Source: a virus (taxonomy: Duplodnaviria > Caudoviricetes). From it: DNA of 46,500 nucleotides. The translations under genes were made by a program, and so were the position numbers. A model generated the notes under the pieces. It searched no databases and was not told where the DNA came from. It saw nothing but the letters and a program-made list of their open reading frames with translations. This document shows, one piece after another, positions 8,906 to 18,285 of this stretch; the first letter of the stretch is position 1; each line of letters begins with the position of its first letter. Where the stretch lies: positions 1 to 46,500 of the IMG/VR virus record IMGVR_UViG_3300042342_000302; one strand, 5' to 3'.

Positions 8906-9118
8906 TTAGCCTATTGAAGCCTGAGCCAATTGTTTGAGCTTTCTACCTACCTCAGGGTCTTTGATTATCTGTATTGAATAATCTGTCTTACCGTCTACAA
9001 CGAGGTGGCCAGTGAATCTCTCTGCTGTGCTGTGGTTAACACAAGTAGTAGAGTAACCAAGAGCCACCCTTTTTGGGTGGATCTCTACGCTACATACTTT
9101 ACAATACTTTTTATTCAT
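8906..9118 (-). CDS. TraR/DksA-like zinc-finger protein
   Basis: CKVC-x-EI-x-PKR-x-ALGY...CVNH. Confidence 0.65.
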   Translation of the reverse strand: MNKKYCKVCSVEIHPKRVALGYSTTCVNHSTAERFTGHLVVDGKTDYSIQIIKDPEVGRKLKQLAQASIG

Positions 9119-9119
9119 A

Positions 9120-9290
9120 TTAGAAGTGTACTTTTTTAATGTCCTTAATTTGCTGCTGAATTAATTTAGCCGCTGTCTTGTTTCCTTGAGCAAGGTAGAA
9201 CTTAACTTCCTTCTCAAGATCTTCGATTGTTTCTAGTAACTCGTCTTCGTTCTCGTTGTAAATGTCACCAATTTCAATTTCTTCAAACAT
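9120..9290 (-). CDS. 56-aa acidic protein (not in ORF track)
   Basis: MFEEIEIGDIYNENEDELLETIEDLEKEVKFYLAQGNKTAAKLIQQQIKDIKKVHF fills the gap exactly. Confidence 0.7.
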   Translation of the reverse strand: MFEEIEIGDIYNENEDELLETIEDLEKEVKFYLAQGNKTAAKLIQQQIKDIKKVHF

Positions 9291-9293
9291 AGA

Positions 9294-9554
9294 TTATAAA
9301 TTTTGGATTTGTGTTAATAATTTTGTTACGTCTTCTTCTGTCAAATAACCTTCTACGTCACTGGTTACTGGCGTACTATACGTTAAATCATCGTTGCTGT
9401 CTGTGACTGCTAACTCGTATAGACCTTGATCTCCACCGTACGTGTGTGGTCCTTTAACTACTGATGCACCAAATCCGTTATCGAATTTGATACGACTAAT
9501 GATACCTGATCCCATTGGATGGGGTTTGAATTCTAAATCACTGAATGTTTTCAT
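9294..9554 (-). CDS. conserved hypothetical phage protein
   Basis: FDNGFGASVV...YGGDQGLYELAV...DVEGYLT. Confidence 0.85.
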   Translation of the reverse strand: MKTFSDLEFKPHPMGSGIISRIKFDNGFGASVVKGPHTYGGDQGLYELAVTDSNDDLTYSTPVTSDVEGYLTEEDVTKLLTQIQNL

Positions 9555-9575
9555 AACTGTTTTTAATTTTAAATG

Positions 9576-10040
9576 TTACCAACTTGATTGATATATGTAC
9601 TCTTGTGTATCTGCATCTCCTGCTGACACGATACTCATTAAGATATCGTATGTGTTCTGTACTTGCTCAAAGTAGTAGTCGTCGTAGTCTGTACTTCCGA
9701 AGAAAAAGCCTGAGCTTCTCGGTAATAACTGCTCCGCTTTACTATGATCTTCTAACACATCTTCGCAAGCATTCAACAGATCTCGCAATTGTTCGTAGTC
9801 TACTCTGTACTCTGCGCAATTGTCTTTTCCCTTCTGCACATTCTCTACGAACCACTGATGGATCTGATTTGCTTTGCGCCAATATCCGACTTCTTCTACG
9901 ATGTATTCAATCTTTTTTGGATTGATGAACGGATGCGGCTTACCACCTTCGGTAACTGTTACTTCGCATCTCTTGTCTTCGCGTACCCATTCTCCTGTCT
10001 GTAAGAATGTTTTTTTCTGTAAATACATGTCTAATCCCAT
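9576..10040 (-). CDS. conserved hypothetical phage protein (MGLDMY...YWRKAN family)
   Basis: MGLDMYL, EVGYWRKANQIHQWF, GFFFGSTDYD, YQSSW. Confidence 0.88.
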   Translation of the reverse strand: MGLDMYLQKKTFLQTGEWVREDKRCEVTVTEGGKPHPFINPKKIEYIVEEVGYWRKANQIHQWFVENVQKGKDNCAEYRVDYEQLRDLLNACEDVLEDHSKAEQLLPRSSGFFFGSTDYDDYYFEQVQNTYDILMSIVSAGDADTQEYIYQSSW

Positions 10041-10045
10041 AACTT

Positions 10046-10252
10046 TTATTTTATTTTATTTTTATTTAACAACCATTCTAAACATTTTTCGCACACATTT
10101 TTTGGATCTTCTTTGTGTAGTTCAACAAAGTATGTAGTCTTTGTGACAAATGTGCCTCGACTATTCCTTTGTATATGCCTACCGCACTGAGTTCTAGAAG
10201 GATGCAACTTACCATTGCCTAAACTTTGAAAGACGTGTGCTTTATAATCCAT
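10046..10252 (-). CDS. small Cys/His zinc-binding protein
   Basis: H...TQCG...CEKC. Confidence 0.7.
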   Translation of the reverse strand: MDYKAHVFQSLGNGKLHPSRTQCGRHIQRNSRGTFVTKTTYFVELHKEDPKNVCEKCLEWLLNKNKIK

Positions 10253-10258
10253 TAACTT

Positions 10259-10489
10259 TTATTTTTGTTTAATAATATTTCCGCCATGAAAGTCGCCTCT
10301 TGCTCCGAAACCAAATTCCTTACCTAATCCATCGAGCTTTGCTACTACTGCAAATGTGTTATCATAATCGTCAACAACATTGTAGTCGATACAATCGAAA
10401 CTGTCTACAGCTTCTTTTTCGTTGTCAAATATCACCGTGTTTATATAGTCCTCTGTCGTGAGGATAACTGCATATAATTTTTTACTCAT
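10259..10489 (-). CDS. hypothetical protein
   Basis: ORF with ATAAAAGTTATG leader. Confidence 0.7.
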   Translation of the reverse strand: MSKKLYAVILTTEDYINTVIFDNEKEAVDSFDCIDYNVVDDYDNTFAVVAKLDGLGKEFGFGARGDFHGGNIIKQK

Positions 10490-10628
10490 AACTTTTATTT
10501 ATCTATCTTTTAATCTTTTAAATACTGCGATAATTTCTGGCTTCTCTAATCTTTTTAAGAAAGCTTTCAATTTATCATCTAATAATTTTTTTTCTTTTTT
10601 AGTCATAACTTATTTATTTATAATTTAA

Positions 10629-11552
10629 TTAGGCTACTTCTACTACTGTAGTAAATTTATTCATGTGATCAAGATACCTTTCAGTTTGCTTGGCATTGTA
10701 TTTAACGCTATCAAAGTTCTCCCAATTGTATACAGTAGCAATGAAGTCGTCGAATCTTGCTTTAGTAACAACTATAGGACTGAATGATCCGTCTTCTACT
10801 GCAGTAGTCTTTATGTTTATCTCTACTTTACCATTTTTGATATGACCAACAACTTCGAATGCATACACACGTACATGATCGTATCTACCTCTACCTGTTT
10901 GTAAATCAAAGTACTGAGGTTTAACTTCTAATGTATATGCGCCTTCTTGATCATAAGGAATGTTATACTGTCTTTCGCATACGGTACTAGAAGATATAGT
11001 ATGGGTAAATCCAGCTTGCTTGTAAGAAGCTAGACCTTCTTCTAATATCTCAGCTTGCGTTTTACGTATAGCAAATTCCGTGTGAGATATTGGTTGCTCG
11101 AATGTAGCGTAACGTTTTTGCGCGTACTGTTGATACTCATCTTTCCACGTAGGCATCATGAAATTGATTTGAGGCATTAATACCGAAACCATACCTAAAG
11201 TTTTTAAGTAAGCAATAGTCTTGGTATCGTCGTACTCTACTTCTTTAGAATAGAAACTTAATTTTGCTTTAGCAGCTTCGTTGTATCGAGAGTAATAGTA
11301 TATGGTAATAGCATTGTGATGCCACATATCTTTTACGTCTTCTTCAGATGAAAATATCTGCAACTGTTCACCACCACTTTGTATCTTGATTCTATAAGTT
11401 TCACCAGTAAATTTGTAAAACCATTCAACGATACTTGCTTCTAACGTAGCAATTTCTTTAGCGAAGACATTGTCATAGTAATACTTAGACGCTTCTTTTT
11501 GAGATTCCAATTGTGACTGTAACGCGGTCAACGTAGTTTGTAGTGTATTCAT
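10629..11552 (-). CDS. hypothetical protein, first gene after a promoter cassette
   Basis: 307-aa ORF, ATAAAAGTTATG leader. Confidence 0.85.
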   Translation of the reverse strand: MNTLQTTLTALQSQLESQKEASKYYYDNVFAKEIATLEASIVEWFYKFTGETYRIKIQSGGEQLQIFSSEEDVKDMWHHNAITIYYYSRYNEAAKAKLSFYSKEVEYDDTKTIAYLKTLGMVSVLMPQINFMMPTWKDEYQQYAQKRYATFEQPISHTEFAIRKTQAEILEEGLASYKQAGFTHTISSSTVCERQYNIPYDQEGAYTLEVKPQYFDLQTGRGRYDHVRVYAFEVVGHIKNGKVEINIKTTAVEDGSFSPIVVTKARFDDFIATVYNWENFDSVKYNAKQTERYLDHMNKFTTVVEVA

Positions 11553-11611
11553 AACTTTTATTTAATATTAAAAAATTTATATATATGATGCCTTATTTGG
11601 CAGCAACAGGG

Positions 11612-11734
11612 TAAAAGTACTGCTATCCTCCGAAACAAAAAAATTATTTATCAAGTATTCTAAAAATTCTTCATAGAGAACCAACGCGTTATGGATATTC
11701 TTTTTTAACATGCATAACTGATTGGTTTCCAATG
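11612..11734 (-). promoter_or_regulatory. promoter with upstream inverted operator-like repeats
   Basis: ATTT-N21-TACTTTTA at 11612-11644; motif copies at 11667-11693 and 11713-11734. Confidence 0.65.
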
Positions 11735-11794
11735 GGATACCAGTACGTCATTAGAGCTCATTTGGGAAGCTTTACCCAATATGGCTGTAATATA

Positions 11795-11992
11795 CTAAGT
11801 CTTAGGAATTGAGTCCAATGGTGAGGACTTGGGCAATTGAATTTTGTGATCTTTTTTACTTTCCGGTACCAAATGTGTGCAACCTAGGCACGGTTTTCCG
11901 AATAATTCTACGTGGTAAAAGCAACCAATTTGATCTGAGCTACAAGGTGAGATGGATACCTTATGCTTCTTTTTGAAAAAAAACTGTTTCAT
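11795..11992 (-). CDS. small Cys-rich protein
   Basis: CSSDQIGC...CLGC; AAGGTTATG leader. Confidence 0.55.
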   Translation of the reverse strand: MKQFFFKKKHKVSISPCSSDQIGCFYHVELFGKPCLGCTHLVPESKKDHKIQLPKSSPLDSIPKT

Positions 11993-12009
11993 AACCTTTA
12001 GATGGGGGT

Positions 12010-12321
12010 TTATGTGTATTTTGAGATGAGAGTGTCTATTATTTGTTTTTCGTTTTCGTTAAATACCTTTTTGTTTTGCACTGACTTTACGAATTGTATG
12101 TGCTTTTCTACCACCTCTCTCTTCATAGCAAAAAGTCCAGTGGACTTGCTATTCTCTAAACATCTTTTATATTCTTCTGATAGTGCCTCTTTTAGGAGGT
12201 ATATTTTAGTACCGTAATCTTGGTGTAATGTTTCTTTACGTTTTTTAAATGATTCGGCCAACTCTAAAGCTTTAATTAATTTGTCTCCTGCTTTTGCTAG
12301 TGCCGATCTTTTAAAATCCAT
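12010..12321 (-). CDS. hypothetical helical protein
   Basis: TAATG coupling to upstream gene. Confidence 0.75.
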   Translation of the reverse strand: MDFKRSALAKAGDKLIKALELAESFKKRKETLHQDYGTKIYLLKEALSEEYKRCLENSKSTGLFAMKREVVEKHIQFVKSVQNKKVFNENEKQIIDTLISKYT

Positions 12322-12614
12322 TACTCTCTGTTTTTAACCATGTACTTATATATAGTCTTCTGAAGTTCTTGTAGTGCTGCTGTGTTCTCTCTTATCAAGG
12401 TATCCAGTCGATCTCTTTCTTCTACTAGTATCTTCATCATCTGCTCTTGCAGTTTATCTACCTTCTGCTCAAGTGCTTCGTTCTTTTCTACCAATCTTAG
12501 GTACTGTTGCCACGCAAAGTAACCCAATAAAAAAGCTAATACACCCAATATGCCGTATTGCATGAATGCTGTACCTATACTCGAGCTATCAACCGTTGCC
12601 TGTAAAATCGTCAT
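12321..12614 (-). CDS. holin-like single-TM coiled-coil protein (BhlA-like architecture)
   Basis: QYGILGVLAFLLGYFAW TM followed by a heptad-rich tail. Confidence 0.6.
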   Translation of the reverse strand: MTILQATVDSSSIGTAFMQYGILGVLAFLLGYFAWQQYLRLVEKNEALEQKVDKLQEQMMKILVEERDRLDTLIRENTAALQELQKTIYKYMVKNRE

Positions 12615-12618
12615 TATC

Positions 12619-12834
12619 TTAGTTTAAATTTGAATACTTCCTACACAACAGCTCTTCCCAATTCTCAGCTAAAACTTTAATTTGTCTTGCAGATGGTTTG
12701 ATCTGGCCAGTATCTATTAAAGAAACCATCGTTTCAACCCATACTTCTCGACTATTTACATGTAGATATTCATGTATCTCGGTTGGGATCTGTATCTCTT
12801 CCGCTATTTTATCTAGTGTGTCGTGAATTAGCAT
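12619..12834 (-). CDS. hypothetical protein
   Basis: ORF preceded by ATATTTAT (12844-12851). Confidence 0.7.
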   Translation of the reverse strand: MLIHDTLDKIAEEIQIPTEIHEYLHVNSREVWVETMVSLIDTGQIKPSARQIKVLAENWEELLCRKYSNLN

Positions 12835-12857
12835 ATCCTGAACATAAATATTTAAGG

Positions 12858-13253
12858 TTAACCAATGTTGTATTCTTTTTTAAGAAACCTGAGACATTTT
12901 TTATAGTCTCTTCTCTCTATCCGTATTGCGTCCTTCTCTAATGGATTCTGGTGATGCGATAAGTATTTTGCGAGGATAGCATATTCGTGCATAGAATGTT
13001 TAACATAGTGAGTATACTCGTGTATGATTGTTTTAACAAGCTCTTCTAAACTATGGTGAATTTCCCTATTAACAAATATAGTTTGATCTATCTCGTCGTA
13101 GTATCCGTAGTCGTCACCTGAAAGATAATCTGGCTTCCTAAATTCTAGGGCCGGATATGCACCATTAATTTTAGACCTACCGTAGGTAAAGTAACACCAA
13201 TCCAATATCTTCTGTGCTGTGGATCTTGTTACCCAATTTTTTTCTTTGCTCAT
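12858..13253 (-). CDS. HExxH zinc-metallopeptidase-like protein
   Basis: GYY...IFVN...TIIHEYTHYVK...NPLEKDA. Confidence 0.8.
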   Translation of the reverse strand: MSKEKNWVTRSTAQKILDWCYFTYGRSKINGAYPALEFRKPDYLSGDDYGYYDEIDQTIFVNREIHHSLEELVKTIIHEYTHYVKHSMHEYAILAKYLSHHQNPLEKDAIRIERRDYKKCLRFLKKEYNIG

Positions 13254-13346
13254 AAACCCAATGCTTTTCTTTCTGTTTTAGTTAAATTTGCTATGGCTTC
13301 TTTCTTGGCCTTTTCGTACTTCTTAAGTCTCTGTTTCTCTTTATCT

Positions 13347-14033
13347 TTATTTTTGATTGATGTATTTTTCATATATGACTTTATACTTCTTTGATAGTTT
13401 TTCTAATTTGGTTTCCGGTATCTTGAAATTGAATTCAAAGTAATCTGAATCGATACATGTATATGCTTGAACTTCGTCGTAGAACACCTGCTCAGTGTAT
13501 CCCATATCTGTTAAGTTCTTACACATTCTTTTGTATATCGTAGGATCTATTTGTTTGGTAATGGCATCCACTTCTTTCTTATACTTATTATCTATATGAT
13601 AGTAAGCATGGCACAACTCATGTTGAAACGTACTTGATACTGTATCTGATACTCCAATGATATAAGCCTTAGTTTTAGGACTGTATCTTAGATTTATAGT
13701 CTCTCGTATCTCGTCTAATATCTTCATCATAACTCCATCGTATGCACTGTAGTATACAAATTTACCACTCATTTTATCGTAACACTTCTCAGCAACTTTA
13801 AGTGGGAAATTAAAACCTACCCAATCTGAAGCGTAACTAAATTTATCTCCATTCTTTCTACTGTACCACTCTATATAGTCCCATATACAGAATGTCTTGC
13901 CTCTAAATTTAGGATTGGGAGATTCGTAATACTCTTGTACTCGTAAGAATAACATTGCTCTGTGGTATCTGTCTGGTACTATCACTGCAAATACCTTTGG
14001 TTTTATTTCTACTATCGTGTATTGTATTTTCAT
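13347..14033 (-). CDS. HExxH-containing phage protein
   Basis: QEYYESP...DWVGFNFP...HELCHAYY...DEVQAY. Confidence 0.8.
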   Translation of the reverse strand: MKIQYTIVEIKPKVFAVIVPDRYHRAMLFLRVQEYYESPNPKFRGKTFCIWDYIEWYSRKNGDKFSYASDWVGFNFPLKVAEKCYDKMSGKFVYYSAYDGVMMKILDEIRETINLRYSPKTKAYIIGVSDTVSSTFQHELCHAYYHIDNKYKKEVDAITKQIDPTIYKRMCKNLTDMGYTEQVFYDEVQAYTCIDSDYFEFNFKIPETKLEKLSKKYKVIYEKYINQK

Positions 14034-14038
14034 AGTCT

Positions 14039-14281
14039 TTATTTTAAAAGTTCGTCTAAATCTATATTATAGTTACTCATAATTTCTTGCAATTCGTCTC
14101 TAACCTCTTGTAAGGCATCAACGATATCTTCGCTTACGGCATCTGGAGCATATTTGGTTTTGGCTCTTAGAAGTTGCTCTATATCCCATAAGGCGAGAGC
14201 CATGTCTTTTGCTTTTACGCAGCGCATATGTGATGCTTCGTCAAATGCGTCTTCTAAATTAAATTCTAATACAGCTTTCAT
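14039..14281 (-). CDS. conserved hypothetical phage protein
   Basis: MKAVLEFNL...MALALWDIEQLLR. Confidence 0.8.
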   Translation of the reverse strand: MKAVLEFNLEDAFDEASHMRCVKAKDMALALWDIEQLLRAKTKYAPDAVSEDIVDALQEVRDELQEIMSNYNIDLDELLK

Positions 14282-14282
14282 A

Positions 14283-15398
14283 TTAATTTTTTTTAATGTT
14301 AAATAATTCTGGTCTTCTTTGTTTTAGTTTATACATCTCATCGTCTTGCCATACTGGTTTCTGATATTTGGGTTTGATTATCTTCCATACCATGTGATCG
14401 TATTCTCTGCCATCCCACATTGCAAATAGTATGGACTTATGCTGTTTATCTACATACTTGTCCAAATGAAGAGCGAAGTCTTTTTTGCTAGGTTCTGGGT
14501 CCACATCGTTGTACTTACCGTATCTGAAATAATCGTGTATCTTACCGCAGTGTTCTCCTACTGAAAATTTGGCGTAGCTTAAGTTCATAACCCAATTTCT
14601 GACCCATTTGTCAAATTCGTCAGGCACTTTTTCTAGGTATTTCTCTATATCTTCGCCGTTCTTTAATATCTCCCATATATCTACGTTAGAAAGTCCAGTC
14701 AATATTCTATGTAGTCTCACGTACTCCTCTCCTTTGATCTTCATCCTGGTTCCATCGTTAAATCTTACAACGAATCCTTCTTGATTGTTTTTAATCATGG
14801 ACTTAAGTTGCTTATAATCTTTTATACCATCATATTGATATACTACATCGAAGTTGTCTTTATAGTAAGGAACTTGTACACTTGCTTCTATACCATCTGG
14901 TGAACAATCAATACAAGCAAGCAATACTAATTTTTCTAAACTTCCGTAGTTACACACAATCCTATTTTCTGGGTATATTATCTCGAATAGATATGTATAA
15001 CCTGGGGATAATAATTCTGAGTTGTATTTGTTTAGCATTTCTCTACCCTTTATTGCCTGATCAGAAACAAAAGATCCTTTGGAAGCTAAGTGCCATTCTC
15101 CATTGTAGTAGAATACAATACCCAAAGATCCGTCCATCTTCTCGTACACATGAAACTCTTCGTTAGGTATCTCTTTCATTTCCTCCATATTGAAGAACTT
15201 AGGAAATGATTTGGCTATCACATTACCTTCGTTGTCCAATATTGTGCCTCTCATGTTCAAAGTAATATCGTCCCATCTCCCTTCGTATTGACACGTACGC
15301 GAGTAGTTATAGATAGACAGCGGTAAAGTAGGGTGATCCTGTTTTACCACATATCCTCGTTCTATGTAGTTGTTTAATATGTCTAAATCGTATTTCAT
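14283..15398 (-). CDS. T4 Rnl1-like RNA ligase
   Basis: IYNY, RG, FPKFFN, EKMDGS (motif I), TYLFEII, EGFVV, MKIK. Confidence 0.92.
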   Translation of the reverse strand: MKYDLDILNNYIERGYVVKQDHPTLPLSIYNYSRTCQYEGRWDDITLNMRGTILDNEGNVIAKSFPKFFNMEEMKEIPNEEFHVYEKMDGSLGIVFYYNGEWHLASKGSFVSDQAIKGREMLNKYNSELLSPGYTYLFEIIYPENRIVCNYGSLEKLVLLACIDCSPDGIEASVQVPYYKDNFDVVYQYDGIKDYKQLKSMIKNNQEGFVVRFNDGTRMKIKGEEYVRLHRILTGLSNVDIWEILKNGEDIEKYLEKVPDEFDKWVRNWVMNLSYAKFSVGEHCGKIHDYFRYGKYNDVDPEPSKKDFALHLDKYVDKQHKSILFAMWDGREYDHMVWKIIKPKYQKPVWQDDEMYKLKQRRPELFNIKKN

Positions 15399-15808
15399 TA
15401 TAATTTAATATTAAAGCGTGATTTCATTTGTTCTATTTTTTCATCAGGTACTCCGTGTACGTTTTTACCTCCATGCCTATTCTCTATAATAAAGCTAAAC
15501 ACTTTATATCCGTATTGCTCTGCTAGTTTAAAGTACGGCTCCATCTCCCATTCTTGTGTGAATGTATTCGATACTACAATTTCTGGATAGTATTGAGGAT
15601 TCGCTATGTTATCTTTCATTCTTATTTCTACTTCATTTCTGCACCACTCGTGTGCTTGTCTTAATTTACTAGCATCGAAGTTGTAATTGCCTTCTTTATC
15701 GTAGAAGAACTTATCAGCTTCGCATATTGCGTAATCGTTCCACACATGATGAGCGAATGTAGATTTGCCTGAGCCAGGAATTCCTCGTATTAGGTATAAC
15801 TCTTTCAT
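15398..15808 (-). CDS. P-loop kinase (AAA_33 / polynucleotide-kinase-like)
   Basis: RGIPGSGKST, EAD, VSNTF, NVHGVP. Confidence 0.88.
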   Translation of the reverse strand: MKELYLIRGIPGSGKSTFAHHVWNDYAICEADKFFYDKEGNYNFDASKLRQAHEWCRNEVEIRMKDNIANPQYYPEIVVSNTFTQEWEMEPYFKLAEQYGYKVFSFIIENRHGGKNVHGVPDEKIEQMKSRFNIKL

Positions 15809-15813
15809 ATTTT

Positions 15814-16470
15814 TTATTTTGAATAATTTTCAGTTTTTTCGTGATGGTCAAATTTGAATAATGATTTGATTGGTTGTTTATTCATTAAGCTTAGCACTTC
15901 TGACATATCTATTGGATATAAATTGTTACCATCCACTCCCGCATCCATCATTTTGCCAGGTCCTATGCGTTGATTTGCAGGGAAGTGGACGTGACCGTGT
16001 AAATGGATTGTTCCTCTGGCCATGTTATTCCAACTAGCAATAGGATAGTGCATACACATAAACAACTGATCACCCATTAGTGGAGTACCAACGTTGTACT
16101 TTACATGAAGGTACAAGTAGTCGTGCACAGAACTGAATAAAGATTGTACGTTCTCTTTATTCTTTTGAATGTGGTCATCATGATTGCCTAATACTAAATG
16201 AATAGTCTTGCACACAATTCTATCTCTAAATTCCTTGATGCTATCGAATCCACCGAATGACCAATCTCCTAAGTGAATTAGTATGTCGTCTTGCTTAACC
16301 ACTTCGTTTATATTATCTACTAAAGTAGCGTTCATTCTTTCTAAACTCTTGAACTCCCTTATTGTAGTAGGATCAGTCCACTTAGTGGTAGCCGAACATA
16401 TATTAGCGTGATTATAATGCGTGTCACTCGTAAAAAATAACCGCTGTCCTTTTTCTAATGTTATCTTCAT
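15814..16470 (-). CDS. calcineurin-like phosphoesterase
   Basis: TSDTH, LGDWS, GNHD, HYP, HGHVH, DAGVD. Confidence 0.92.
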   Translation of the reverse strand: MKITLEKGQRLFFTSDTHYNHANICSATTKWTDPTTIREFKSLERMNATLVDNINEVVKQDDILIHLGDWSFGGFDSIKEFRDRIVCKTIHLVLGNHDDHIQKNKENVQSLFSSVHDYLYLHVKYNVGTPLMGDQLFMCMHYPIASWNNMARGTIHLHGHVHFPANQRIGPGKMMDAGVDGNNLYPIDMSEVLSLMNKQPIKSLFKFDHHEKTENYSK

Positions 16471-16473
16471 ATC

Positions 16474-17079
16474 TTATATGTTTTCTTGTTCAAATAGTTT
16501 TTCAAATCTCTTCGGTAACTTATCGTACTTGCCTCTAAAATTACTAGGCATCGCTGCGATAATATTTTTGTTCCTATATGGTGGATTATCAGAACTCGAC
16601 CATCTTCTTGTTTTCCTCATCCAATGATGAAAGTATAAATAAGCATTCGCCTTTTTGATATACTTTTCTTTGTCAATACTTAAGTTATATTTCTCAATCA
16701 ACTTAGCAGATCTTTTCTCGTTATCTAATTCTAATTCTACAACTCCTTGAATTGCTGATTCAATTATGTGAGATGGAAGATCCGATCCTGTTATCCATGC
16801 ATCCACCAATAATAGATACTTATTTGCTTTTACATATACTGGTACTTTGTCTATCCATTGAGTGAGGTGACTGTATTCGTGGACCAATATCTCAAACGAA
16901 TCTTTCTGCTTCATCGCCACTTGTAATGTTCTGCTATCGTCATCGAAATATCCTGTGCACCTAATAGACGGAATTGGCTTTAAATAGTTAACGTCTTTAA
17001 GCTTACACGATATCTTGTGCTTCTTACAATCATTTTTTACTAACTCAATAAACATCTTATCGTTCTTGCTTAATTTCAT
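16474..17079 (-). CDS. HExxH metallopeptidase-like protein
   Basis: CTGYFD...ILVHEYSHLTQW...ELDNEKR. Confidence 0.8.
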   Translation of the reverse strand: MKLSKNDKMFIELVKNDCKKHKISCKLKDVNYLKPIPSIRCTGYFDDDSRTLQVAMKQKDSFEILVHEYSHLTQWIDKVPVYVKANKYLLLVDAWITGSDLPSHIIESAIQGVVELELDNEKRSAKLIEKYNLSIDKEKYIKKANAYLYFHHWMRKTRRWSSSDNPPYRNKNIIAAMPSNFRGKYDKLPKRFEKLFEQENI

Positions 17080-17082
17080 ATC

Positions 17083-17280
17083 TTATAAATTAAAGTTTAG
17101 TTTAGAATAAAGTTTAGTGTTGTATTGCATTTGTAGATCATAGGCTTGTATCTTAGCCGTTCTGTCTTCAAACGATTGCGATACATTTAATTCCCTCATC
17201 CACGCTTGGAATTCTGGATTTGCCATTGTGTTTTCTCTTTCTTGTATTAACTCTATTTCTTTTTCTATGTCTTGTACCAT
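17083..17280 (-). CDS. hypothetical protein
   Basis: ORF packing. Confidence 0.7.
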   Translation of the reverse strand: MVQDIEKEIELIQERENTMANPEFQAWMRELNVSQSFEDRTAKIQAYDLQMQYNTKLYSKLNFNL

Positions 17281-17283
17281 AAC

Positions 17284-17502
17284 TTATAAGTTGTATTTTT
17301 GATTATATAATTTGTTTACTTCTTCTAAGAACTCTGACATTTTATCGTTAGAATAGAAACAGTCTTTGTCTGTTCCTCTTATCTCATTTGCGATATCAGG
17401 TTCTATGTCGTGTATAAAATTGAATGCGTGTTGACCCAATCTTAATTCGTCTGGTTTTTTGCTTTGCATAAAATCCAGTAATATTTGGTTAAATGTTTTC
17501 AT
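17284..17502 (-). CDS. conserved hypothetical phage protein
   Basis: RLGQHAFN...IRGTDKDCFY; start re-assigned to MKTFNQ. Confidence 0.75.
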   Translation of the reverse strand: MKTFNQILLDFMQSKKPDELRLGQHAFNFIHDIEPDIANEIRGTDKDCFYSNDKMSEFLEEVNKLYNQKYNL

Positions 17503-17503
17503 A

Positions 17504-17770
17504 TTATTCTGCGTATTCTTGTATGTCATAGTAATGATCAGCTTGATAAGGCAATACGCTAATTACGTTCTTAGCATCCCACATTTGTTTAACGCATTTC
17601 TGGAATTCTTCAAATGAGTGGTACGGCGCATCTATTCTAGATCCATCGTCGTAGGTTACTTCTACTCTAGCGATCTTATAATTCTCTATGTATCCACCGA
17701 AGCGGGCATTTTCGTATTGATCGTCTGTTCTAAAAGTAAATTCAATTCCTGTTAAGTTGTCTATATACAT
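17504..17770 (-). CDS. hypothetical protein
   Basis: ORF packing. Confidence 0.7.
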   Translation of the reverse strand: MYIDNLTGIEFTFRTDDQYENARFGGYIENYKIARVEVTYDDGSRIDAPYHSFEEFQKCVKQMWDAKNVISVLPYQADHYYDIQEYAE

Positions 17771-17787
17771 AAGTTTCTTTTTAGTTA

Positions 17788-18063
17788 TTAATAGCAGTAT
17801 GGTCCTATCATTGTCAAAGGTACATCGTATCTACCAAATCCGTCTATTTCGTGTACAGTAGCTTTAGTCAATCTGATATCTTTTATGATGAACACTTTAC
17901 CGCTTGTCTTCTTGTGTTCTACTATAACCTTATCTCCGATACTGAAAGCTTTACGCTTTTCTTTTGAATCGATTTTCTTCTTTGATTTAATAGTATCTAC
18001 TACCATTCTATTTAACTTTGATAATTCTAATAAAGTCAATTTGTTTAATTGTGACTGAGTCAT
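17788..18063 (-). CDS. hypothetical protein with SH3/KOW-like C-terminus
   Basis: FSIGDKVIV...GKVFIIKDI...KATV. Confidence 0.75.
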   Translation of the reverse strand: MTQSQLNKLTLLELSKLNRMVVDTIKSKKKIDSKEKRKAFSIGDKVIVEHKKTSGKVFIIKDIRLTKATVHEIDGFGRYDVPLTMIGPYCY

Positions 18064-18077
18064 GTTTTATATTTTTA

Positions 18078-18278
18078 TTAATTAAAGTAATAAGATTCCT
18101 GTTCCCATCTGCCATTAACATTTGTTTCTACTACGTAGTCTCCATTGTATGGTCTATTCTCTCGTAGTACTAACCAAATTCTATGAGTGTCGGTTTTGAT
18201 CTTTAACTCATCACCGTCCCATGCTTGCTCGATTGTATCCATACTGTTTAATTCAGCTTTAGTGTATTCGTGTAACAT
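18078..18278 (-). CDS. hypothetical protein
   Basis: start re-assigned to MLHEYTK. Confidence 0.7.
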   Translation of the reverse strand: MLHEYTKAELNSMDTIEQAWDGDELKIKTDTHRIWLVLRENRPYNGDYVVETNVNGRWEQESYYFN

Positions 18279-18285
18279 AATTAAA

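Noticed and set aside
9576-10040. Phosphoglycerate kinase label sometimes attached to MGLDMY/YWRKAN proteins
   Set aside because: 154 aa is far too short and no PGK motifs are present.
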